From Nageia nagi (lineage: Eukaryota; Plantae; Pinophyta), in NCBI GenBank assembly GCA_050084985.1, contig JBITNC010000002.1:5332001-5396000 (forward strand): DNA of 64,000 nucleotides. Reading direction: 5' to 3'. A program made the position numbers and the translations under genes. The notes under the pieces were generated by a model. It did not search any database, was not told the origin of the DNA, and saw only the letters and a list, made by a program, of their open reading frames with translations. Below, in pieces: positions 25,683-37,787 of this stretch (the stretch's first letter is position 1; the number at the start of each line of letters is the position of its first letter).

Positions 25683-27722
25683 AGCCCTGAAGAAGAGAAC
25701 ACGCTTCCAAAGCCGTACCATTCTCAAGACAGTGTGACCACTCAAGGACAAGAAAGAGCCATATGTTTGAAAGCATCAGATAAGACCCGTTCCAACCAAA
25801 GTTACGAAGCAGATCAACCAAAAGAAGGATGTCTCTAATGTGCTTGATATGGGGACAACGAAGATCCCAAGTCATGAGCACCAACTAAATGGGGGTGTTG
25901 CAATTAGTCGTTTGTAGCAAGGTGGGATATGTGAGTATTGCACTTCATAATAAACTTGGTAGGAAGGTGATCTAACGCCTAGTTCATCGATGGGCTTGTC
26001 AATTAATGTACTCCCCGCGTGTGCCATCATCTCCATTTTACACTTTTCTTTTGTTATTTTTACTTTCTTTACCATCAAAAGTCTATACTTTCAATCAGTG
26101 TAGAACAACACCAATGCCCATAGCAAACGTGGTTAAGTGTTGCTACCTCTATCCTCCCATTGAGCATTCCATGTATAGCTATTGTCCTAGTCACATAAGA
26201 CCTCTCATGATGCTAGAAACCTTGGGGTAACTAGTCCTTTCAAGCGAGGGGTTAACAACGCAACCTCATTCACATGTTGGATGCCCCTTCCCATTTACCA
26301 CCTAGATGGTCTTTGTAAATGGAAAGAAAAACACTCCAACATATTTCAAAGTCAAAAGTGACTTTGATTGACCCTAAATCTACAGGTTATATATCAATAG
26401 CTATAAACAAAAGTTTACATGAGAATCAGAGAAACCAAGTATTAGTATAAAAGTAACGTTTATAAAAAACAAATGAAACAAGAATTTATGATAGTATAAA
26501 GTCTATAAAAATAAGAAAGCGACACCCGTACACGTCAAAATCAACACCCAATAGGTAGAGGAATGGAATTTTTTTCCTTTTTGCCAAAGACCAAAAGACA
26601 GAAAACTCATTTATGAATCAGTATATTAGTGATGGCTATTGTTATTCAAATTTCTGGTTTTTCCAAGTGTTATTTGCTAAAGCAAATGGATGTGCAAGAA
26701 ATTTGGATATGTTCTGTTCAATTCAGAGTTTCAGACCCTATTTCTTGCACATGGTCATAAAATCAAGTTGAAGGCTGTTGCAGTTCACATTTTTATCTAT
26801 GACGTGGGGCCATTTACCAGGAAGGTTCAGTTGCATCAAAGGAGCTCATATTTTTCTATAACATTTGGGCTTTACTATCCACGGTATTTTTCTTTGGTAG
26901 ACCTATATATACAAGAGAGTTATAAATGTATAATCATCCTGAAAGATCTTGTCAATAATTGGTAATCATTGCTTCAAACATTTTAACTGGAAATTTGGAA
27001 GTTTGTCCCCTCAAAATAGCTCTTGCATGGAAATTTGGGAGATTGTCCCCTCAAAGTAGCTATTGTAATGGTTCCTTAATGCTGTCGCCCTACCTTCAGG
27101 GTATTCTCAAATATGTGGTGTGTGATTCTCTTGCGTTGCTTATTTACTTCATTTTTACATGACAGAATAATTTTATGAACCCAACAAAATAGGGAATAAA
27201 ACTGGAATTGAACATTTGATTTTCATGAAGTACAATTTCAATATAACTGGTTAAGTTCCCAGATTGAAACTCTAATTTGAATCTGCATTTGATAACTATT
27301 ACACGTGTGAGACAGGGCATCCAATGGCATAGACAAGGCCAGCATGAATTTATCTATTGGTCGCCAAGTAGCCCAAGAGTAATTAGCAAATACTTATGTT
27401 TACCAGCATAGCGAATCAATCATATGCTACAAATTGCACAGCGGCAAAAACATTTTGATATTACATAACTCTCGGTAAACATTTATACAAGGAATATATG
27501 TTTGAAGTGGAATTTACATTCCTTCAATAGTTTCAAGGTTATTTTATATCCTCCAATAGATTTCCTTGTTGAGATCAACAAGCCAAAGACTCCATCAACG
27601 ACTGTCTGACAGGACTCCAAACAACTACATAACTCACTACTTGGCCTTGAAGGCTAGGAATGATTGTTAATTTTCAATTCTCATCCTGTTGATGGTTTCC
27701 TGTTTCATTTTGCTCACTTCTA

Positions 27723-30700
27723 TTGGGTGTACCAAAGACTGGACTAGTAGCCATTTTGACTCTATACAAGACTCTTTCAGGACGTGTTCACACCCCATAT
27801 GGATTCTCGGACAACATTCTTAGTACGATTGGGGTGAAGCAGGGCTTCCCTCTCTCTTTGACTTTATTTGGCCTTTACATTGATGAGCTAGAGTTTGTTA
27901 TCCTTGAGACCACCAATCTTGAGTCAGGTTGCCTTCTACATGGCAGCCAAGTGCCCATCCTACACTTTGTTGACGACATTGTGTTGCTTTCCTACTAAGT
28001 TGAGGGCCTACAAGGCTTGATAGATGCTTTAGATGCCTTCAATGTTAAACAGGAGGTTATAGTGAACTTTAGCAAGACTAAGGTGATGACTTTCAATGTT
28101 TTGCAAGAAACGTTGGATCAGACACAACTCAATTTTCATGATAGTTCTATCGAGACTACCTCCTACACATACCTTGGGGTTCTCTTCTCGAGACCCAAGT
28201 TCTCCATGCGAACAACAGCACCACCCAAAGTCTATCGAGTTTATGCAGCAGTATCCATCCTTGAGAGACAATGCATCCAGTTACACTTTCAAGACATCCC
28301 GTCCAAGCTAGAGTTCTTCCAATCCCTAGTCACACCCACAACTTTGTATGGCTTCAGGTCTGGGGCTCCAACTTGAGAGCAATGGATTGGACCTCGATTG
28401 TAATATTCCCAACTAGGGAAAGCACAATTTATAGCAAAATAGCAAATTCCAATTCTATCTTATTACTCCAAACTTAGATAAATTACCAATTGATGCCCTC
28501 GCTTATACAGATTTTTTTTTTATATTACGAGAGATACTTATACAAAATATTTAATTAACTCAAATAATGCTCATAAACGCTCATAGAATAGGATGAATTA
28601 GGAAATTATTCAAAGTGCTCAAAGTAGGGTAAATTACTCAAGCGACCAAGCATGCACAAATTGAGGCAAAATATTCAAGATAAAATTATGCAATAAATAC
28701 CAATATCCTCAAAAATGTCTAATGAACCAAGAGAATGATCTCAAATAGCTCAAAATGCTTTCCAAGAGGAGACGTCTCACCAGGCAACTAGATTCACCAC
28801 TTTGAAGATGCCAAACTTCACCAAACTAACTCCTTCAGCCAGACGTCTCACTTCTAGGGCAAAGACTAAATTCCAGGATCCTTCCTTCACCTTCCAAGCT
28901 CAACAACTAGAGTACATCTTCACTTGAACAGCTCCAAGGCTATTCGAGGCTAATTTTCTAAATATATGAGGCACCAGGGCCTTAAAGCCAACTTGCGGGT
29001 TTTCGTTTGCAAGATGGGGTTTCTCCTCAGGATTTGTCCTTCGAGAAAGATAGAAGCATGCGCTCCAAAAAGGGGGTTTAAAAGATATAAATATATGTCT
29101 TCAAGGCATGCACTCATCTCCCTATTATAGTGCTCTTTGGAGAAGCCATTTTTAATTTGTGGTTGGCTGACCCAACTGAGACATAAAATCACTCCTAATT
29201 AATAATTAGACCTTCCTATATTGGGCATCCACCTTTGAGGAGTAAACATGATCCTCAAATTACAAATATAGCCCACAAATAATAATAAAATAATAAGACA
29301 CCTAATTTAACTTAAAATGACCCTAACACACTTAGAGGTGTGAAGTCCACCCTTGAAGTACTCAATTTCTAGTTTTTGCAACCAACAATGAAGCGTCCAA
29401 CATCATAGGGTGAAAATATAATTTTTGTGTCCCTTCGACACCAGACCTTTTACAAAAATAATAAAATATCCCTAATTGCTATAAAATAACAATGAAGAGC
29501 ATCCCACTTAATTTGGCACATAGAAATGGAATGCCTTAATTTTGGAATATTACATCGATAGAGACGATCTTTGTCACTTTCCTATCTCGTTTCATTCGAA
29601 GTAAGAGGATAGTTTCAAACCTTATCATACTTGTGGAGTTCGGTTGCCAATCCCTTTTGGTGTGGGCCCTTGCTTCCTTAGTCCTCTATCTTTGTCGCCT
29701 CCAACGTCTCTTTGCTCGTGCGGGGATACAACTAGGCTTCCAATGAGAGCTCTGGCCTCCTTGATCAATATTGTCACACATGTTTGTCGTCGATGTTGGT
29801 TTACCGAGATGCTTCAAAGATTTGGTTTTTCTTCGAATATATTACCTTTACCATCAAAGGACTCATCTAGGACCTCAACTAACTCTTTTTCCACGATCCG
29901 AAAGATTATATGCAAAGCTTTCATTCATTCAAACTACTTAGGTGTCTCCCTCTCAGCCATTGACACCCAAGTTGGATCAATATGTTCAACACTATCTTCA
30001 ATTAGACAAGAGATTGATCCTCCTGCCTAGATACACTAGCTTACATCTCCCTTTGGGGTTGAGGATGTCCCTTGGACATTTTGGAGTTTGCTCCCACCAA
30101 CTGAGGATTGAGACAGACCACCACATAGACTAGGATCTACAAGTTTGTCGCCTTTGCACTCTTGAGATTGAGTCTAAGGACCATTTCATCTTTCAGTGCT
30201 TGATCTACTATGATATCTAAGGCCGATACCATTGCCTCTTTCGAGATTCTCATAGCTCGTTAGCTACATTTCTTCAGCATCTAGACCAATGTTGCTTAGC
30301 TCTCTATTTTCAAGAGGTCTTCCTTCTTCGAAGGTGTCTTTTAGTTCATGCTCAGCAACCAATTGAGATTCAACGTATCACATCCTTCTTTTGAGCTCTC
30401 TTTCCTGAAGGGGCTCGTAGGAAACATCACAACCACTACATTGGACCAAAAGACGTATTCAGAGCACCTAAGCTCCGTCAAGGATGCGACAAATCACATC
30501 CTTCTTCTCAACCATTAGCAGTACCACAGACACATCTCATAGTGACCAATGGGAACCCTCCCCGAAGTAGAGTGTACCACCATACTCCCCCACCCCCCCC
30601 CCCCCCCGAGAGGCCCAGGATGGCCTCCCTCTAGATGTACCAAATTTTGTATCTCCCTCCTTTTAGGGTTTCGACCTTTATTTGGTTGTATCTAATTATG

Positions 30701-30935
30701 TCATCTTCTATGTTTATTAGGTTTTTCTCTAGAGGGCTTTGCAACTTTGCTGACTTCATGAGCATGATTATACATGATAGTCCCATTGAACGCTTTTGAT
30801 CACCAAGGACATTAATATACTTTATTTCTTTCTTGGAGTTTCTCTAGGCACTCCAAATACTTTGTATTTGTCCTATCATACAATCCCATTTGACCTTTTT
30901 GGCCATTTGTGGACATTAATATATTTTCTATTTCT
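27723..30935 (+). mobile_element. 5'-truncated RTE/RTEX-like LINE (copy A), split by a solo LTR
   Basis: GVKQGFPLSLTLFGLYIDEL..FVDDIVLL..VNFSKTKVM..YTYLGV; C-terminal SHQLRIET..VCRLC..E.KDHFIFQC..Y; 3' end GGACATTAATATA plus TTTC-rich tail. Confidence 0.85.
28399..29554 (-). mobile_element. Solo LTR (1156 bp) inserted in LINE copy A
   Basis: 11-bp inverted termini TGTAATATTCC/GGAATATTACA; perfect TSD TCGAT (28394-28398, 29555-29559). Removing it restores MDWTSIETIFVTFLSRFIRSKR. Confidence 0.93.
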
Positions 30936-31403
30936 ATTGAGGATCAAATGAGTCAATAGTCAAAGGAAATGTATATCATGTTACTTGTTACAAGCCTTAT
31001 TAGCTCTACTTCCACAACTTCTTGCAAAGTTAAATGACTTCATAATAACAAAATAAGTGAAAGTCAATGATTAACTATTTTGGATAATACATCCTACAAT
31101 ATATATAAAGAAACTTAATTCCGAAAGACAATTAGAGACTTCTCCATTGATTCTAATGCACTAATTTGCATTTAATGGAAAATTAGAAGGTTTTGTCTAC
31201 ATTGCCAATCTATAATGTGCAAAACTAAATTGTTATTCGGTTAATGCATAGATTATTGTTACGGAAAAAAAGTGTTGGGAGGTTAAGCTAGTTTATTAAC
31301 ACTTGAGTATTTATTAATATTGTGGCCAAATGCTTGTTAGAGAGTTATTACATCATTATAAAATAATAAAGTCAATATTAGTTGAGTGGTTAGAAGTTAG
31401 AAC

Positions 31404-34400
31404 CATGGATCGAAAAACCACAAGTTCTCAAAGAGTAATCACGGGTAATTGTGGGTTTAGGGCTGGACAAGTAAGCGGCAAGTAAAACTTGAGTTCGACG
31501 AGTAACAATGGTTTTCCGGCAAGTACGCAGGGCTGAAACTCGCGCTTTCCCGACAGTTTCTCAGCTGACATGTAGATAAAGTTCAAACCGCGGAGTCGGC
31601 GGCTACTCAAGCTGAAACTTGTGGGTTTTCGGCAGTTACTCGGAAACCGACAAAAATAGAGGGTGAAAAAAATGATTTTTATGACAGGAAGCCCCACTAA
31701 TCCACCTATTTCACTCCCAGTCTGGTCATTTTCCCATTTTGCTCACTGTTTTGCTCTCCAAGTCAGTTTTTGAAGGGTTCAAAGGTTCAACATTAATCTG
31801 AAGCGCTTCATCGTGGATTTCAAGCATTTCACCGTAAATTTATCAAGAGTTTGCGATCCGGTTGTGAGTTTTTTAACCCTCACCGTCCATTTTAAAAGGT
31901 AGGGTTTTTGGCTTTTTTTTTTTTTAATTTAAGCATGGAATTTTTTTTTTCCTTTGTATGTTAATGTTAATGCCTATACTTCATAAGGGTATTGTTATTT
32001 TTGGAATATTTTGTGATTTTTTTAAAATTAGGCTTAGGGTTTTTAATAGGAATCTTACTTTTTTCACTTTCTAGATGGAAACTAAAGATGATGTCAATTC
32101 CAATGCACCTCCTCCTCTAGCACCAAAGACAGACATTGCTTGGAAGTATGGCACAAAGGGTGATCTTGCAAGTCAAGTGATTTGCAATTTTTGCAAATGA
32201 CATTATAGGGGTGGTATCAATAGATTAAAATACCATGTTGCAAGGATACCAGGTAAAGATGTAGCACTTTGCCCTGCTGCACCTCCCAAGGTTATATGTG
32301 AGAAGTAAAGCTACATCCTCACAAAAGAAGGTAGAAAAGCAAAATACCAAGATGGCAGTTGGTGCAAGGATTGGGGGGAATGTGAGCTTTGAAGATTCAC
32401 TGTCAAATTCTTTCTTTGCCCAAAATCCATGTTCATAGCCAAATGAAAATTCAACACTTCCAAGTTCAATGAGGCATAAAACCATGGAAGGTTTCTTTGT
32501 TTCTCCTACAGAGGCACAACCTTGCCTTAACAGTACATCATGGGGAAAAGATAAAATCCAAGCAGCCCGAAGAGCAGCTGCAAATTTTTGGTACTATTGC
32601 AACATTCCTTTTAATGTTGCAAGTAGTCCTTATTGGGCAGCCATGGTGAATGCATTCATCAATGTTGGAAAAGGGATGAAGGACCCTACCGCAAAGGATT
32701 TCAGTGGTCCTTTGCTTGAGGATGCAATGCTTACCACACGTGCCATAGTAGATGAGCAAAGAAAGAATTGGCACAAACATGGATGCACTATTATGTCAGA
32801 TGAATGGACAAATACGAAGAACCATACACTACTCAACTTCATGGTGGCATCAAGTGGATCAATGGTCTTCTTGAAGTGGATTGATGCATCCAATAAAATA
32901 AAAGATGCATCATTGATTTTCAAATTGCTTGAGGAAGTGGTGTTGGAAGTGGGTGTGGAGAATGTTGTCCAAGTTGTGACGAACAACGCTTCAACATATG
33001 TTTCTGAAGGTAAAATGCTTGAGAGGAAGTATAAACCTTATTTTAGAGCCCATGTACAACCCATGTGATTGACCTTATGCTAGAGGACATGGTCAAGCTC
33101 TTATGGATTAAAAATGTGGTTGATGAAGCAAAAATAATTACCAAATTCATTTACAACCATACTTGGGTGCTTAGTTTGATGAGAAAGCACACGGGTGGCA
33201 AGGAGATCATGCGTCCAAGTATCACTAGATTTGCCTCCAATTTTCTTGCATTACAAAGCCTCTTTGAAGCAGAAGCTCCTTTAAAGAGGGTGCTTATTAG
33301 TGATAAATGCAGGGAGTCTTCTTTTCATCATAGTGATGATGGGGAGAAGGTCCAAAAGATAGTGTTTGATGACTTTTTTGGAAGGGTGTTGATGAGGCCT
33401 TGAAGGTAATTTGAATTCTTTCTTTTATGTTTTTATTTTTTTTTATTTTTCAATTTTTAGTTTGTAGCTTTGTAAGTTTGTACTTTGTATTTTTCTTTAT
33501 TTAAATCTAAATTTGCTTTTTCCAATGATTTCTAGGTCACACAACCTTGGGTCAAGGTTTTCCGTCTTGTAGATGGTGATTTGATGCCGATGGGCTATCT
33601 ATATGAGGCCATGGATAGGGAAAATGAGGTTGTCCAATGTATGTATAAGAGAAACAAAAATAAATTGGATCCCCTTGAGAATATCATGGATAGGAGATGG
33701 ACGCATCATCTCCATCAACCTCTACATGCAACGGGGTTCTACTTGAACCCCAAGTTTTTCTATGTTGATAGTTTTGAGGCTCATAATGAAGTTATGGATG
33801 GCCTCTATACTTGCATTGAGAGGATGATCCCTAATGATAACCTTAGGGATCTTGTTCCAAAAGAGATGTAGGCCTACAAGAAGGCCGAAGGAAGGGTTCT
33901 TTCTTCAGTTATTTGTAAAATGTCAAGGAACACCTTACGACCAGGTAATAGTCTAAAATCAATAAAATTATAAATGTGGTCTTTTTACTATTAGTAATTT
34001 AGCATTTTATGAAAGCTAGATTGAGTTTTTGAAATTGTAATTTCTTTTTCACACATTGTTGGTGGGAAGATAATGGTGGTTGATGTTTGAATCTTCAAAG
34101 GATGGCAGTGAGGATATTGAGCCAACCTTGTAGCGCTTCCGAGTGTGAGCGCAATTGGTCCATGTTTGAGAGTGTTCACACAAAAAGACAGAACAGGTTG
34201 AGCCAATAGTGCCTAAATGACCTTGTGTTCGTCCAATACAATCTTCGTCTTCATGTTAGACAAGTGGAGGGCACAGATTGCTATGATGCCCTTGACCTTG
34301 ATTCTATGGATCCACTAGTAGATTGGGTTGCTGAAGATGTGGAACCCACCTTCATCGAGGAGGACATCGAGTGACTTGAAAGGGAAGCAACAGATGAATG

Positions 34401-35063
34401 TGCATCTAGAGCAGGTGAACGTACATCTAGAGCAGGTGAACGTACATCTAGAGCAAGTGAAGGTACATCTAGTGTAGTAGCTGCAATTTATGTGGAGCCC
34501 AAGGATGAGGATGAGGATCAGCAAGCTGAGGATAAGTATGAGGATGAGGACAAGGATGAGTACATACCTGAGGTTGAGCATTCTATTGGGGACGAGGATG
34601 TGCCAGTGCGACATCCTTCGCCACCATGTGCTGTGAGGAGTGAGCTGAGGATATATAAGAGGATCGGGTCGAGGGGAAAGAAGCCATTGCACTTATTGCA
34701 GCACTAGTAGTTTAGTACTTTAGAGTTAAGACTCTTAGAGTCTAGACTCAGTTTTTATTCTAGCACTAGTAGTCTTTAGACTTTACTATTTAGAAGTTTA
34801 GATTTTAGAACTACTTTACTTTTGAGTTATGAATTTATGACTGTATACATTGTTGTATTCATTATTTTTTATAATCATTAATGGTCACAAACAATCAATG
34901 ATCATTGCAACTCTCTAATTCCGTATTTAAATATGTTTTTGTATTTTGTTTCATAAAATGTTCATGTTTTTTTTTTTGTCGAGTTTTGGTACCAAGTTTT
35001 TTCCAAGTACTCTCCAAATTTTTCCTGGCCAAGTAATTCCCGAGTCCAAGTTTTCCAACCTTG
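31404..35063 (+). mobile_element. Full-length hAT DNA transposon (decayed)
   Basis: 8-bp TSD GTTAGAAC (31396-31403, 35064-35071); imperfect TIRs CATGGATCGAAAAAC versus CAAGGTTGGAAAACT; subterminal CGAGT/CAAGT repeats. Confidence 0.92.
32075..34707 (+). pseudogene. hAT transposase pseudogene (BED finger, DUF659, dimerization domain)
   Basis: AWKY..ICNFC..GGINRLKYH; GCTIMSDEWT..LLNFMV; CERNWSMF..NDLVFVQYNLRL. Introns at 31899-32074, 33406-33535 and 33945-~34054 (acceptor mutated to AC). Several stops and frameshifts. Confidence 0.9.
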
Positions 35064-36599
35064 GTTAGAACCACTCAAATAGGTATGGATTGTGCAAATT
35101 GTTTGTATCTATTCATAGGTATCACGTGAAGTGTTAGTTTGAAGCTAAAAGACAACCATATTGATTGTGCTCAACAAACTCTTTCTTATATACATATGCA
35201 CATATACCATAATGAATATATTGCATTGTGGATTCTTTCAATGCTTAAGTCCTATTGTTTAGATGTATAAGTTATGTATTTGTGATTAATCAATGATTGA
35301 GATTATATTATATTGGTATGTAATCCAGTGGTGTCAGCTAAGTCACATAAGTTGGTGGGAGTTCTTGTGCCTATTTAAAGGACAGTCCTAGCCAATATTG
35401 AAATGAAGTCTTGTGAAACATCATGGCCCTCTTAAACACCCAATTATGAAGATATTATTATGAAAAAACTGGGCCTTCATAATATTATGAAAAAACTAGG
35501 CCAAGTGTTGGTCCTGTGATAGAAGATAACAGACCCCCTACAACCGGTTGGATGGTTCTGTAGTTGGAAACAAAGAGAATAATGTTGAATATTACAAGAT
35601 GGAACTTGAGGAGGAGTTAAAGGAAAGGATCTCAAAAAAGGGGAAATAAATTAAGCAGAAGATGAGGAGAATCTGTGAACCTATTTGCATTATGGCATTG
35701 AAAGGTCCAAGCCCTGTAGCTGAGACATTTGAGAAACTGGAGGATTTGAGGCAGACCTAAAATCTCTTTGATGTTTACAGGAATCTTGCAATGTAAGCTT
35801 CAATGATAAATTTCTCTTCGGCAACCATAATCTAACGACATATGTTCAAGGAGTTCTTATTACTTAAAGAGCAGGTAACCAACTTCGCACTAAGCACATG
35901 CATGGTGATGAATTTGCAACTCACTGCCACTGAGGAGCTGCGCTGAGGAGTATGGCATCACTTCCATCCAATGGGCTTCACCAAGAAGCAGCTGAAATAA
36001 GATGGAATGATAATGGAACATGACAGAATAAAACTTTAGTCCGAAAATGTACACTCAAGTATTTTCCCAAGCCATGCCTTAGCAAATCAATCTCAAAGTT
36101 CCTGTCCAAGAGAATTTGCTATGTCATCAGGACAGTATCCGGGTAGCAAAATCGAGTACAACCCCTGTTATTTGACCAAAAATAACAATAATATTAATGC
36201 TTTATAATTTATATAGCCGCTTAATAGAAAATTAAAAGACCTCGTTTGCTTTTCATCAATCCTATGCAGAAACTAAACTGTTATCTAGATATGGTTTTCA
36301 AAAATTTCATGCTGAAAAAAAATAAATAATAACATTAATGCTTTATATAGCCTATTACGAAGAGTTTGAATGGCAATTAAAAGCATCCCAGTCTATTAAA
36401 ATATACTATTTCGCATTTATTTGGAAATGTAAAAGCCCCATGTGTGCCTCTCATCTACTTCATCCACGTAGTAAACTCTTATCTGGGTAGATGATTCGAA
36501 TGGAAAGAAGTTGAGATCTATTTTTCATATATTACATACTCCCACAAAATAAAAATAAATAAAACTACTTACAAGTAAAAGTAAGACATCAAACCTTAC

Positions 36600-37041
36600 C
36601 TTCTTGTTCCTTTTTGTCATCCATCAACTGAGTTCTTGGGATTTCACTATCACTGTTAGTATCTACTGACTTTGATACCTTAACATCTTCAGAAATTTCC
36701 ATATCCTCAGGTTCAGATTCAAATATCCCTTTAAATTCCTCACTTACAAGCAATGTCACAAACTTGTTCATAAATGACTCTTTCTCATAAGCATTTGATA
36801 AACTGCTGTTTATGGATGTCTGGGCATGCCTACTGTCTTCAGAAGATAGCATCTCATCATCAGATATGTCATCTTCAAGAGCTATATCTGCTGTTCCATC
36901 ATCTTCTTCATCTTCAACATAAGCTTTATAAGTAAGCCGAAGTAAAATGTCACCAGTGAATCTCTTACTAAAGACACCCCAACCATTTAACCTGACAACT
37001 CTATCTGTTGGAACAGTGTCTTGTAGAGAACCAAGTTCAAC
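36600..37041 (-). CDS. NTMC2T5: NTMC2T5-like exon (end of C2 domain and acidic linker)
   Basis: cag|VELGSLQDTVPTDRVVRLNGWGVFSKRFTGDILLRLTYKAYVEDEEDD..ESFMNKFVTLLVSEEFKGI..G|gtaagg; 442 bp, open. Confidence 0.95.
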
Positions 37042-37787
37042 CTGAGAAATAAAACCTTGGATTAAGAGGTATTAACTCAACAAATCTAACACAAAATAAT
37101 TTCAAAAGTAATTCCCAATAGTCCAAATTAATAGAAATCTCGAAAGTTAGAAATAAAAAAGGTCTGTCAAAATAAGTGGCAAAACACATTATTTATAATA
37201 TCAATGTTGCAAAAACCTGTGTTATAAATATTATTTAATATATAAAATATTACCTCTTATTATGAAAAGATACCCCTCAGTGCTCACTTATAAAAAATTT
37301 AGTGTCGCCTACCCAACAATTGATTGAAGTGCTTTTATATTTTTATATGTAAAAAGTACATTAAAACTACAACTTACTGTATCTTGTGCTCAATCTCTTC
37401 CTTTATCACAGATTCACGTGTTGTTTCTCTCTTGATTACTAACTTTGCATTCTTTACTACTTCGGTCTGTGGATCTTACCTCAGGTGTTCATCCTTACCT
37501 ACCTTCTAAAATCCTACTTTATAAAATTTGCGTATATTAAACAATAAGACTAATAAACCTGAATCATAATTAATGATAAAAATTATAATCTCAGAGTAAA
37601 TCATTTGTAGAACCCTTACAGCCAAATGCAGGAATAAAGACCATATACATTACAGTGATAAGAACCCTATAGTCTGCTTTGGAGAAATCCACACAATGTA
37701 TAAACAAATTAATCATGTCACAGTTAATAGAGTAACTCAACAGCAAACTGAAAATTTGTAATTCAACAAGACAAGCCTGATTTATTC

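Larger units (their letters stand above)
23830..26110 (+). mobile_element. Large (~2.3 kb) solo LTR-like element with internal palindromic repeats
   Basis: TGTTGT..ACAACA termini; its start resembles that of the 56036 element (CACAACACGCCCC); CCAAT at 25188 and TATA at 25231; no PBS after the end. No clean TSD found. Confidence 0.7.

Noticed and set aside
26118-26310. Box-A-like TAGCAAACGTGGTTAAG suggesting a tRNA or SINE
   Set aside because: No box B, cloverleaf, tail or TSD.
30586-30607. Poly-C run (G-quadruplex potential)
   Set aside because: A simple homopolymer in a LINE 3' UTR; its length is unreliable and there is no sign of function.
34315-34692. 125-aa minus-strand ORF with RCTFTCS repeats (metal-binding look)
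   Set aside because: It is the antisense reading of the 21-bp repeat and acidic tail of the hAT transposase.
36589-36852. 87-aa ORF as a stand-alone gene
   Set aside because: It is an internal part of the NTMC2T5 exon 36600-37041 reading into the intron.
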